Made by a program: the position numbers and the translations under genes. Under the pieces are notes generated by a model that worked only from the letters and a program-made list of their open reading frames with translations, was not told the DNA's origin and ran no database searches. A stretch of DNA of 60,688 nucleotides from a virus (taxonomy: Duplodnaviria > Caudoviricetes): positions 1 through 60,688 of the IMG/VR virus record IMGVR_UViG_3300037510_000159; one strand, 5' to 3'. Below, in pieces: positions 9,932 to 18,674 of the stretch. Within the stretch, counting starts at the first letter, position 1; the number at the start of each line of letters is the position of its first letter.

Positions 9932-10182
9932 TTCAGGCGCGCGAAATGGCGCAACAAAGGTTGCGTGCGGGCCGGTTTCGGGCGAAAGTGGGGTTGCGCG
10001 CATCCCGCGCGCTGATGGGAATTAACCCATGAATTAGAAGAGGCGCCCCATTCCTGTGGCGCCCCAAATAACCGGCCAAAGCCGAAGGATCCGTGTCTAG
10101 CAAACCGATCCTCCGACAGGCCGGCGAATTTTGCAAGGGGTTTCTTGCCACAGGCGACGTGCGTCCTCTCGGAGCCGCCGGC

Positions 10183-10716
10183 ATGTTTACGATCACCGCC
10201 GTTCCCTTTGACGATTACGACGCCCTCGACATCGCCGACGGCCCACGCTGGCTGCTGGTGCGGCTGGCTCGCTACGCCGACCGCGAGGGGCGCTGCTTTC
10301 CCTCGATGCGGACCCTGGCAGCTGCCGCGAAGAAGTCGGTCGCGACCGTCTGTCGCTGGCTGAAGCGGCTCTTCGACCAAGGGTGTTTCACGCGGACCCG
10401 AAAAGCCGGTCGCGTCTACCACTACACGCTGGCCGAGACGTACCGGCTGCGCTGGCGGGAGCAGCCAAAACCGGCGGCGGCGGAGGGTGTTTCACCAGCC
10501 GTGAAACAGGGTGTTTCACACGGGGCAAGACAGGAAGCATATCCATCTAAGTATGAAGAAAAGCGCTCCAAATCAGGATTGGAGCAGGACGCACTGCCGC
10601 CGCCGGTCAACTGGGCTCCACGGCTGCGGAGCTGGGCGCACAGCCGCTTCTGGTTGCCGACCTGGGGGCCGCGCCCGAACGAGGCGGGCTGCTGGGCACC
10701 GCCCGGCCTGCTCTAG
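10183..10716 (+). CDS. HTH_36-type winged-helix protein (replication-initiator-like)
   Basis: LVRLARYADREGRCFPSMRTLA..KSVATVCRWLKRL; C-terminal W..WGPRP..GCWAP motif; internal GGGTGTTTCAC repeats. Confidence 0.7.
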   Translation: MFTITAVPFDDYDALDIADGPRWLLVRLARYADREGRCFPSMRTLAAAAKKSVATVCRWLKRLFDQGCFTRTRKAGRVYHYTLAETYRLRWREQPKPAAAEGVSPAVKQGVSHGARQEAYPSKYEEKRSKSGLEQDALPPPVNWAPRLRSWAHSRFWLPTWGPRPNEAGCWAPPGLL

Positions 10717-11048
10717 CCCATTATAATTGCGCGGAACACCATATCCCCGGCCGCGCTGGCCGGATGGTGGATCACGGCCCGCCCGCTCTCCGGCACAACC
10801 CACAGCCCGGCGGCGCGCGCCGCCGCAGCGGAAGCCGTCTCGGCCTCGAGGATGCACACGCTGTACATTCCGATGCGTTCGTCCGTCAGCACGGTGGACG
10901 AGGCCCCGGCCGTAAGCACGACCCGGCTCGTGCAGTTGGCCTTGCCTCTGAGCAGCAGGTTGACCGCCTGCGCCAGCTCGCGCAGCCACTGGTCCCAACG
11001 GCCGCTCGCGCGCCACTCCGATACGGGCGGGTAGCCGGGCGCAGTCAC
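10713..11048 (-). CDS. Hypothetical virion protein
   Basis: GTG start overlapping upstream stop; 111 aa in structural operon. Confidence 0.6.
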   Translation of the reverse strand: MTAPGYPPVSEWRASGRWDQWLRELAQAVNLLLRGKANCTSRVVLTAGASSTVLTDERIGMYSVCILEAETASAAAARAAGLWVVPESGRAVIHHPASAAGDMVFRAIIMG

Positions 11049-11257
11049 GAGCAGCGCTCGACGAGGAAGTCGAGCACCTGCGTGTAGGCGTCGAGGCTGC
11101 CGGCCTCGTACCCGTGCCCGTAGCCGCCCGGAGCGACCTTGCGAGCCGCATCCATCTCGCGCCGGGCTCGGGCAATCCGAAACTGCATCTCGGCCACGAC
11201 CAATTCGGCGCCGCGGGCCAGCGCCTCGGTATGCCTGATGCCGGGCTCGCTGATCAC
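11045..11257 (-). CDS. Hypothetical protein
   Basis: 70 aa ORF translationally coupled on both sides. Confidence 0.55.
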   Translation of the reverse strand: MISEPGIRHTEALARGAELVVAEMQFRIARARREMDAARKVAPGGYGHGYEAGSLDAYTQVLDFLVERCS

Positions 11258-11667
11258 GGCGGCGCCATCGCGACGACCTGAAACTCGCTCCCATCGTAAA
11301 ATGCCAGCACGACCTGGCCGGCTACGATGGCGCCCGCCGTCAAGCTATTCGGGCCGCGCCGCATCGGCTTGGCGCCCAGCCCGTTGATGGCGAGGCTCGT
11401 CGCGCCCGTGACCGTGAAGCCGGAGAAGAAGGTGTAGCAGTCCCCCACATTGTAAGAGACCGGCGCAACCGGGTAGGTCAGGGTCTGCGCGCTGGCCGTG
11501 CCGCCTGACGTCAGCGTGGCATTGGCGCGGTCATACCAGCGCTTCAGCGCCGCCATCATCTCGCGCGCCGCGTCGTTGACCCCTGACGGCACCATATTCT
11601 CCGGCCACCCGTCGGGCGGCGGGGCATTGTTGCTGGCCGCCACCGGCGACCAAGAGCGGACGTCCAT
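11254..11667 (-). CDS. Tail-associated protein (tail-fibre N-terminal-like domain)
   Basis: WS..AASN..PPDGWPENM.PSGVNDAAREMMAAL motif typical of alphaproteobacterial podophage tail proteins; GGAGG RBS. Confidence 0.7.
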   Translation of the reverse strand: MDVRSWSPVAASNNAPPPDGWPENMVPSGVNDAAREMMAALKRWYDRANATLTSGGTASAQTLTYPVAPVSYNVGDCYTFFSGFTVTGATSLAINGLGAKPMRRGPNSLTAGAIVAGQVVLAFYDGSEFQVVAMAPP

Positions 11668-11681
11668 TGGCGCCTCCCAGC

Positions 11682-11780
11682 GTCTCCTGACCCCTCATGG
11701 GGCTCGATCACTTGCCCGACGCGTCGCGGCTCCTGCGCTTGGTCGAGGGCATCTCCTGACCCCTCATGGGGCTCCATCGT
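11682..11780. CRISPR. Putative CRISPR mini-array (2 repeats, 1 spacer)
   Basis: 30-nt units at 11682-11711 and 11751-11780 share the identical core TCTCCTGACCCCTCATGGGGCTC with a CCCC-TCAT-GGGG hairpin; 39-nt spacer; intergenic; no cas genes. Confidence 0.55.
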
Positions 11781-11988
11781 ATCCCAGCGCTCTGGAGCGC
11801 TCGATCAGTGCCCTGCGCCGTGCGTAGTTGGCGTGACGGTGCTCGCGCTGCAGGCCCGGCAGATTGGCCGTCTCGTGCCAGTACGCGATCAGCTCGGTCT
11901 GCTGCTCGTCGGGCAGGGCGAGAAACCAGTGCATCCAGCGCCGGGTGATCTTGTCGCTGGCGTCGTCAGGCATCGCGGGAGGCATCAT
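11764..11988 (-). CDS. Hypothetical protein
   Basis: 74 aa ORF coupled to upstream tail gene. Confidence 0.5.
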   Translation of the reverse strand: MMPPAMPDDASDKITRRWMHWFLALPDEQQTELIAYWHETANLPGLQREHRHANYARRRALIERSRALGYDGAP

Positions 11989-13553
11989 CTGCGACCCGCC
12001 GGAATGATGTCGCCGTCGGACGTGTCCACCCCCTGGATGTGCTCAAAATCGGTCCCCGCCGGCAATCCCAAGCGAAACCGGATGTAGCGCCCGCTGGCCC
12101 ATTGCGGGCACGTCCCGTTTTCGTTCTCCCGCACCTTGGGCTCGTAGATCACCGGCAAGGACTGCAATTCCCGGTGCCCGGTTTCGATGGTCGCCTTCTG
12201 CCCGTCGGTCAGGGCTCGCGCCATGCGGACCAAGGCACGCCTGCCCGCCACCGGCTGCAGCTCGGCGGTCTCGCACAGCGGCGCCAGGTTTGGCCCCGCC
12301 ATATAGTTTAAACGGTGCTGCGCGTCGGTGCCGGCCAGGATCGAGCGCCCGCCGACCCAGTACCCGGCGTCGAGCGATGGCGTCAGCGTGTCGAGGTTGC
12401 CGACGGCGTCGAGCTGGTCGAGGCTGTATGTGCTGAAAAGCGAGCGCCCGATGGTCTCGAGCGGCGTCGCATCGAGCTCCCCATAGGACCAGCGCGCCAA
12501 GGCCCAGTTGTAGATCAGCAGCCGGTCGAGCATGCCATTGGCCGACTGCTTGGAGGCAAAACCCCACACGATCAGCTGCCGCGTCGGGTCGGTGGAGCCG
12601 ACGATCGAGTAGCGGTAATGCGGATCGACGGTGTCGAAAAACCAGCGGTCGACCTTGCCCGAGCCGATCGGCATCGCGCTGGCCCCATCGTGAGCATAAA
12701 AACCGTCCGACCCCAGGTAGTAGGCGACAGCGAAGATGCCGGCCTGCGTCCGGATATGGCGCGGCACGATCGACTGCGGCGCCATTGTGCCCGACGCCCC
12801 CTCGACGACGTCGAAGCTGAAGATCAGCGGCGAGCCCTGGTAGGTGATGCGGTAGATGCCGCGCTCGCAGAAGGCGATGCCGTGCGCGTTGCTGACCGGC
12901 CCGACGAGCCCGGTGATCGGCCCCAGATCCTGCTGCTCCAGATCCTGATAGTCGGACTGCAGCTGGACCGCGACGTCGGTGCCTGGCGTCGGCCAATTGG
13001 TCGGGTCGCCTATCGCCGACCACTGCAGGCGCGAGGGCAACCGCCCGTCGACCGGGTCGTCGAGATTGCCCAAGAACAGAAAATCGCGGATCACCGCCGC
13101 AAAGCGCGCCTTGGGCGCCGACGCAGCCAGGCTGGCGAAATGCGTGTCCACGCCGAGCAGCATCGACTGCACCGGGTCGGCGAGGTCGGTCGCCACCACC
13201 CTCGAGCCGAAACTGGTCATCGACCAGAAGCCCGCGCCGGGCGCCGGGCATGCGTAGGTGGCGCCTGACACGTCGGAGAAGGACGAGGCATTGCCGATCA
13301 GCCGGTACAGCTTGCTGGCGTCGCCCGCGAATATGTTGCCCTGGCCGTCGTCCCCGCGCACCGTGTACAGGCCCTGAACGCGCGCTCCCAGCGGCGCCGT
13401 GAACGGCACAGGCCCCGGCAACGGGCCGTAGCTCTGCTCGGTCAGCGGCACGACGTTTTTAACGAGCATGCTGTACTTGACAGTACCGGCCTCGCCGATC
13501 TGGCCCGTCGGAGGCTGGTCCGGCGTCCAATCCCCGACCGGAAACACCGGCAT
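11985..13553 (-). CDS. Tail tubular/nozzle (P22 gp10/T7 gp12-like) beta-propeller protein
   Basis: Start MPVFPVGDWTPDQP at TGATG overlap; 522 aa; RLQWSAIGDPTNW motif; follows adaptor. Confidence 0.75.
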   Translation of the reverse strand: MPVFPVGDWTPDQPPTGQIGEAGTVKYSMLVKNVVPLTEQSYGPLPGPVPFTAPLGARVQGLYTVRGDDGQGNIFAGDASKLYRLIGNASSFSDVSGATYACPAPGAGFWSMTSFGSRVVATDLADPVQSMLLGVDTHFASLAASAPKARFAAVIRDFLFLGNLDDPVDGRLPSRLQWSAIGDPTNWPTPGTDVAVQLQSDYQDLEQQDLGPITGLVGPVSNAHGIAFCERGIYRITYQGSPLIFSFDVVEGASGTMAPQSIVPRHIRTQAGIFAVAYYLGSDGFYAHDGASAMPIGSGKVDRWFFDTVDPHYRYSIVGSTDPTRQLIVWGFASKQSANGMLDRLLIYNWALARWSYGELDATPLETIGRSLFSTYSLDQLDAVGNLDTLTPSLDAGYWVGGRSILAGTDAQHRLNYMAGPNLAPLCETAELQPVAGRRALVRMARALTDGQKATIETGHRELQSLPVIYEPKVRENENGTCPQWASGRYIRFRLGLPAGTDFEHIQGVDTSDGDIIPAGRR

Positions 13554-14194
13554 CAGATGGTCCTCGGCATTTGCCAGTCGGGCCGCATCTGGATGCCGCC
13601 GCCGCCCCATCGCGCCTCGGCGTCGGATGCGATGATCGAGGACAGGGCCATATCGCGCCGCTTCATCCAGCCCGCCACGCGATCGTCGTTCGCGAGAAAC
13701 ATCTCGGCCTCGGTCAGCGCGCCGAACAGGTATGCGTCGGGATGGTTTGCCAGCAGCCAGTTGGTCGGCGCGGCGCCCGACAGCGGCATGATGCCCTGCA
13801 TGTAGCCGATCGTGATGACGGTCCCGGCGCCGGCCGGGTCGGACAGGCGCAACTTCAGCCCCTCGATCGTGAAATACTTGCCGGATGAAGGCGTCGATGC
13901 GGCCGCCGTCACCTGATCGGGCGCCAAATACCGCATGTTGATCTCGGGATCGGCACTGGTTGTGCGGATCGACCTGAGCTCGCGGAAGTCGAGCGGTAGG
14001 GGGACCGTCTTGGAGCCCTCGTCCGGCAGCAGCTCCGCCTCGGCCTCCTGCCAGCGCGTTTTGAGCACGCGGTCGGCATGCACCTCGAACAGCCGGACCA
14101 TATCCGGAATGTCGTTGCTGATCAGCAGGTCGCCCGGGCGGCCGAGAAACCGCAGCACAGTATTTCGGAGCTGCAGGAAGCTGCTGATCGCCAT
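13553..14194 (-). CDS. Head-tail adaptor protein
   Basis: VPLPLDF.ELRSI...TNWLLANHPDAYLFGAL.EA motif of podovirus adaptors. Confidence 0.8.
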   Translation of the reverse strand: MAISSFLQLRNTVLRFLGRPGDLLISNDIPDMVRLFEVHADRVLKTRWQEAEAELLPDEGSKTVPLPLDFRELRSIRTTSADPEINMRYLAPDQVTAAASTPSSGKYFTIEGLKLRLSDPAGAGTVITIGYMQGIMPLSGAAPTNWLLANHPDAYLFGALTEAEMFLANDDRVAGWMKRRDMALSSIIASDAEARWGGGGIQMRPDWQMPRTI

Positions 14195-14524
14195 TCAAAT
14201 CCACCCTGGCGCAGTGCGGAAAAACCGCAAATCGGGATCGTTCAAAAGCCTGTTCAACAGGGCCTCGTTACCCTTCTTCAGGGGATCGGCCCCGTAGCGC
14301 TGCTTGAAGATCTCGATCACGATCGGCGGGAAGCTCGCCACATGCTGCATGCTGCGGCTCGGCGTGTAGCCGCGGTCGTCGAGGTCATAGAGGCGCTTGT
14401 TGCGCTCGACGACGGGCTCGACGTCGGCCTCCATCTCGATCGTGTAGCGGCTCTCGTCGGCAGCGTCCTGAACGAGGTATTCGTCCCAGCCCGAGTGCTG
14501 GTCGAGAAGCAGGCGCTCCGTCAT
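14195..14524 (-). CDS. Conserved phage head-region protein
   Basis: DVEPVVERNK...HVASFP...LNDPDLRFFRT..G motif common upstream of adaptors. Confidence 0.65.
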   Translation of the reverse strand: MTERLLLDQHSGWDEYLVQDAADESRYTIEMEADVEPVVERNKRLYDLDDRGYTPSRSMQHVASFPPIVIEIFKQRYGADPLKKGNEALLNRLLNDPDLRFFRTAPGWI

Positions 14525-14528
14525 CGCA

Positions 14529-14975
14529 TCAGCCCGGCATGAAATAGCCGACGGTCACCGTCCACGGCCCGCCGGCGGTTGCCGGGGCTCCGGTCTCGGC
14601 ATAGCTCACGGTGATCGGCGTGTCGGTCGCCAGGGCCTGGTGCATCACGGCTCCGGCGGCCGGGAAATTTTGCGTCGCCGAGCCCGCCTTGACGCTTGTC
14701 TGGCCCATCAGCTCGACCCCGGTGCCATTGAAGAAGCCGACCGAGATCGTGGCCGTCGACCCGGCATTGCTGTCGGCTCGCCCCGACCAAGACAGGAACG
14801 CCGGGATGCCGCCGGCCGGGATGGTGCCGATGACTTTCGGCCCGACGTCGGTCGTCGTGATCTGGCCGCAGAACACGTTGAGGCCCTGGTTGGTCGGGTG
14901 GGCGTAGCCGATGCGGCGCCCGGCAAGGCGTGCCGACGCGCCGCCGCCCTGCTCGGGGCAGTGGATCACAGGCAT
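14529..14975 (-). CDS. Putative capsid decoration/cement protein
   Basis: 148 aa beta-rich, IGTIPAGG motif, downstream of capsid gene. Confidence 0.55.
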   Translation of the reverse strand: MPVIHCPEQGGGASARLAGRRIGYAHPTNQGLNVFCGQITTTDVGPKVIGTIPAGGIPAFLSWSGRADSNAGSTATISVGFFNGTGVELMGQTSVKAGSATQNFPAAGAVMHQALATDTPITVSYAETGAPATAGGPWTVTVGYFMPG

Positions 14976-14976
14976 A

Positions 14977-15300
14977 TTATTTGTCTCCCAAGATGCGGAT
15001 CTGCATGTTCTCGGCCATGCGCTCGGCGACCTTCCTGGGCACCTTGGCCTCCTCGCCGTCCCGCAGCGCCCGCTCGTGCGTCCAGGGGCGCGTGTCGACC
15101 ACGCACCGCACCAGCACCGTGTCGGCGAGATCGGCCTCGCTGAGCTCCATCACGTCAGGCGGCGTTGCCTCGATCGCGCGCATCAACTGCAGCGCATTCG
15201 GCCCCTCGACGCCGCGCGTCGCGAGCAGCTCGCTCTCCGCCTCGGTCATGTGAAATCCGCGGATCGGGGCATTGACCCGCCGCTGCTGGCCTTGTGCCAT
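14977..15300 (-). CDS. Hypothetical head-region protein
   Basis: 107 aa, AAGGA RBS, coupled to next gene. Confidence 0.6.
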   Translation of the reverse strand: MAQGQQRRVNAPIRGFHMTEAESELLATRGVEGPNALQLMRAIEATPPDVMELSEADLADTVLVRCVVDTRPWTHERALRDGEEAKVPRKVAERMAENMQIRILGDK

Positions 15301-15338
15301 GCTGTGTCCTTTAAAGAATAAGCAGGAGGGTCGGAGAC

Positions 15339-15587
15339 GTGGCCGAGCTACACGGGGGCCCGCACTACTACGTCGTGCTGTACGACCGGCGCACGGATCG
15401 CTGGTGTCGAATGATCGAGGTGCGCCCGCGCCTGCGAGATCAGGTGATCGAGGCGCTCGGCATCGAGCCGCTGGATTATGGAGAGATGGCGTTAGGCCCC
15501 GAGCAGCTCGGGACGCTCGCCGAGATCATGGATTTCACGCCCGACCTCGAACGCTTCGCCTACACTTTCGAGACGGTGCCGGGATGA
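15339..15587 (+). CDS. Hypothetical moron protein
   Basis: GTG start after GGAG; divergent from late genes; 82 aa. Confidence 0.6.
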   Translation: MAELHGGPHYYVVLYDRRTDRWCRMIEVRPRLRDQVIEALGIEPLDYGEMALGPEQLGTLAEIMDFTPDLERFAYTFETVPG

Positions 15588-15673
15588 TCGGGCTATAATA
15601 GAAACGCCGGCTGGGTGGGCCAGCCGGCGCCTGATCCGGCTGGGTAAACAGCCGGCCCTTGAGGAGCGCGCCG

Positions 15674-15748
15674 ATGAGGACGCATCGGAAGCTCCTGCTG
15701 CGGATCATGGTTATCTTGCGGATTACCGTCAAGATAGTCAGGGCGTAG
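15674..15748 (+). CDS. 24-aa basic/hydrophobic peptide
   Basis: TATAAT at 15594, two hairpins, GAGGAG RBS, MRTHRKLLLRIMVILRITVKIVRA, followed by a GC hairpin. Confidence 0.5.
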   Translation: MRTHRKLLLRIMVILRITVKIVRA

Positions 15749-15792
15749 CGGGTTGGGGCCAGCCTGGAGACGGGTTGGCCCCTTCCTCGATC

Positions 15793-16074
15793 CTACGTCG
15801 CCCCGCGGCTGGCGATGATCGCATTCGTCACCGCGGCGATCTGGGCTGCGGCCTCGGCGCGCTGAGCCCGAAACTCCTCCGCAAGATCCCGGCGCAGCGC
15901 GGCGCTGTCGGCCCGCATCTCGGTGCGCAGCGTCTGCATCTGCGCGCTGAGCGCGTCGAGCCTGTCCTCATGCCGATCGAGCCGCCTGTCGACCCGCGTG
16001 AACAGAAACGCGATGAAGCTGAAGCCGCCGATGATCAGCGCCGCCAGCGTCGCGAACACCGAAATGTCGGTCAT
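15793..16074 (-). CDS. Membrane-anchored coiled-coil protein
   Basis: N-terminal TM helix followed by heptad repeats. Confidence 0.65.
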   Translation of the reverse strand: MTDISVFATLAALIIGGFSFIAFLFTRVDRRLDRHEDRLDALSAQMQTLRTEMRADSAALRRDLAEEFRAQRAEAAAQIAAVTNAIIASRGAT

Positions 16075-16553
16075 GGCGGAAACCAGTCGCCGAGCACCTG
16101 CTCAGGCGTGTACCGGGCCGCACGCAGCGCCGCCTCGGTGTCGCCGCCAACCTCGCCGTGCTCCCGCATGTCCTCGATCGCGCGCTTGCCCGCCTTGGAC
16201 ATTTCCTGCGCCAGGACAGGCTCCACCTGGCTCCGCAGGCTCGGGCTGTCGGTCAACAGGTCGTCGACCTGCTTGCGCCCGTCGCGGATCGAGTTGCGCC
16301 ACCTCAGGTCGTAGCTCGCTACGACCGAGCTGCGCGGATCACTGGCCGGGGAAAACTGCAGCTTGAGCAAGTGCCGGACGATCCGGAAAATCTGGCTGCG
16401 CAGGGCAGTCCGTTGCGACACGCCCACGCTCTCGATCTCCTCGGCAATGTGCTCCCAATCAAGCGGCAGGTTGGTCCCGGTCCTGGCCGCATCGCGCAGC
16501 TTCTCGGCCTGCTCCGCGGCCCAGGCGGCGACGTCGGTGTCACGGCCGGTCAT
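16071..16553 (-). CDS. DUF29 family protein
   Basis: D..AWAAEQA..LR...LDWEHIAEEIESVG...HLLKLQF...WRNSI signature; ATGA overlap. Confidence 0.85.
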   Translation of the reverse strand: MTGRDTDVAAWAAEQAEKLRDAARTGTNLPLDWEHIAEEIESVGVSQRTALRSQIFRIVRHLLKLQFSPASDPRSSVVASYDLRWRNSIRDGRKQVDDLLTDSPSLRSQVEPVLAQEMSKAGKRAIEDMREHGEVGGDTEAALRAARYTPEQVLGDWFPP

Positions 16554-16798
16554 GTGAACAGGCGCGCGAACGCGAAGGCGGCGGCAAACAAAGCCGCACC
16601 CGCAGTTACGCTGGACACGACCAGCACCCACGGCGCCATGCCGATCTCCTGGCGGACCCGGTTGTGCTGCGCCAGGGTCAGGTCGGTGCGAGCCAGAATG
16701 TCGTTTATGCTGACGCGCGCCTGATCGTGCTGCGCCAGCATAAGATCGATGCGCGCAATCTTCTCGCGAATATCGAGCGCGGAGGTTGTGTCGCTCAT
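16550..16798 (-). CDS. Small coiled-coil protein with C-terminal TM
   Basis: 82 aa; APWVLVVSSVTAGAALFAA tail. Confidence 0.65.
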   Translation of the reverse strand: MSDTTSALDIREKIARIDLMLAQHDQARVSINDILARTDLTLAQHNRVRQEIGMAPWVLVVSSVTAGAALFAAAFAFARLFT

Positions 16799-17487
16799 AC
16801 GACGTGCCTCCAGAGCCTGCCGGCGCTGATGGCCTTGATGGTGTTGATCGACATGCCGTAGCGCTCGGCATAGACCGCCAGCGTCTCCTTGTGGGACCGG
16901 ATCTCGCGCACCGCAGCCTCAGTGAGCCGCGACCGCGGATTGTCCTCTCCCCTCAGGTTAGTCTCAGGCTTGCCGTGATACTTGCGGATGGAAGGCCGCT
17001 TATTGACGGCCTGCTCGGCATGTGTCGCCCAGGTACAGTTGGCGGCTGAATAGCCGAGGGCATTATCCAATCGCTCGATCGTGTGCTGCTCAGTCGGCGG
17101 ATCACCCATGTCGCGATAGAAGGCATCGAAGGATGCCGCCCATTCATCGCTGACCGTGACGCCGGCGCCGCCGTACCGCGCGAAATTAACGGCCTTCGGG
17201 TCGAGACAGCGGGTCCGCATTGCGAGCCATGCGCGATAGACACGGGTCCGCTGGCCCTTTTTTGCCTGCCCGTGGCGGGTATTCATTAACCCCGGCATGT
17301 CCTGCCGCCAGCAGCCGCAGGATTTGGTTTTCCCGCTCTTCAGAAACGAGCCGTAAACGACGACACGCTTGCCGCAGTCGCAAAGGCACTGCCATGCGGC
17401 GTGCCGGTTGATCGACCCGGCGCGCTCCTCCACAAGGAGCCGTCCGTATCGCTCCCCCGATCGCAATTCTGTAGCTGGCCTTGGCAT
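16795..17487 (-). CDS. Free-standing HNH-type homing endonuclease
   Basis: GERYGRLLV..WQCLCDCG..KSCGC, W.AMR.RC, YGGAGV.V..EW, HTIERLDN..GYS..NC.WAT motifs plus C-terminal HTH. Confidence 0.85.
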   Translation of the reverse strand: MPRPATELRSGERYGRLLVEERAGSINRHAAWQCLCDCGKRVVVYGSFLKSGKTKSCGCWRQDMPGLMNTRHGQAKKGQRTRVYRAWLAMRTRCLDPKAVNFARYGGAGVTVSDEWAASFDAFYRDMGDPPTEQHTIERLDNALGYSAANCTWATHAEQAVNKRPSIRKYHGKPETNLRGEDNPRSRLTEAAVREIRSHKETLAVYAERYGMSINTIKAISAGRLWRHVV

Positions 17488-17493
17488 TTCGCA

Positions 17494-17533
17494 TCTCCCG
17501 ATATAATGGCAACGAGGCCATTATATCGAGAGA
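17494..17533 (-). promoter_or_regulatory. Hairpin overlapping RBS of endonuclease gene, containing TATAAT
   Basis: Perfect 12-bp inverted repeat CGATATAATGGC/GCCATTATATCG (17499-17510/17517-17528) extending into the GGGAG RBS. Confidence 0.6.
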
Positions 17534-17590
17534 CACATGTCCCTAATCTACGTCAATTTGACGCAGGCGGAACGGAACGTAGCTCAGAAA

Positions 17591-17661
17591 CTAAAGCAGA
17601 TCCGCGACGACCGCGAGCCCAGCCTCGTTCCTCACTTCCAAAGTGTACTCGGTTACCATAT
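17591..17661 (-). CDS. Major capsid protein exon 3
   Basis: (Y)MVTEYTLEVRNEAGLAVVADLL* completes the SU10/DUF5309-type capsid C-terminus in frame after splicing. Confidence 0.85.
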
Positions 17662-17941
17662 CAGGAATGTTATCGCGCGGCTCTTTATCCGTGCTTCTGC
17701 CGCTCACACGGCAGCTCAGACTATATCAGCACCTCATTGCCGATCCTGGCAGTGAGGGCCGGGCGCTCGTGGGCCGATTATTCTTTCGTCACGGCCTAGT
17801 CGTTGGACCTTCCGCATCCCTGGCGCTTGCGCGTTACATATGCGGCTTGGCTGCTGATTGCCCTCGGCATTACCCGGTGGGGTTTCCCAGCAATTCACCC
17901 GGTTATTCGACAGGCGTCGCCGCCTGAAGGGCCAATGGTTT
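17662..17941 (-). mobile_element. Group I intron 2 (280 nt, no ORF)
   Basis: Exon ends in U, intron ends in G; P AATTGCTGGGAAA, Q AATCAGCAG, R CAACGACTA, S GATATAGTCT; ACCAT can pair with 3' exon ATGGT (P10). Confidence 0.9.
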
Positions 17942-18674
17942 AGCCTTTCTCGCTATCTCCAGTCACCGCCAGGTCGATGGTCTTCAACGGCCGCAGTGAA
18001 GAGAGGGCGAGCAGGGACGTGTCGAGAAGGTGAACTTCCCGGTCACGTTGGAAGCGGTTGGCGACGACTTTGTGCGTACCGAAATCCGAGCGATAGATCT
18101 CGATGTTGGTCATCAGACGTGCGTCGGAAGTGTCTTGCACCCTTTGCACGTTGCCGGTGAATTTACTGATATTCACCTTGTTGCTGGGACCGCACATGAT
18201 CAGGTCGATCTCGCCGCCCTGCGTCCACGCCGCCTGTATCTGCCCCGTCACCAGGGCCTCGGTCAGCGCACGCTGCGTGCCATCCTGAACTGCAGCGGCA
18301 GCGCCGCCATTGGCTCCGGTGGCGCCGCGTGACGTGTTGGTCGCGTACCATTGAATAAGCGACCGCAGCACGCGGGGGGTTGTGCTGTTACCAGCATTCG
18401 GCACAACATTGTTGTTGTGGATCAGCACGAACTCCATGTCCCTGCGGATCTCTTTGTTTCTTTTTGTAAGCTGGTAAACGATCTCGCGGCGGCGCCCGGC
18501 AGTATTAACTGCATTTTGCGTGCCCGAGATCACACAGTTTTTCGAGGAAATCTGGCAGCGATTGCCAAGCCTCGTCGTCGGCGTCACGGTCTGGAAGAAC
18601 CCGGCCGTGCCGCTGTCGTCACCTTCAAGCTGCGCGTTTGGACCCGCAGCAGCAAGTTGATCGCTCTGCCACTC
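17942..18674 (-). CDS. Major capsid protein exon 2
   Basis: EWQSDQL..NAQLEGDD..RLGNRCQI..SGTQ..KEIRRDME..YRSDFG..NRF..LAVTGDSEK, an SU10-type (DUF5309) capsid. Confidence 0.9.
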
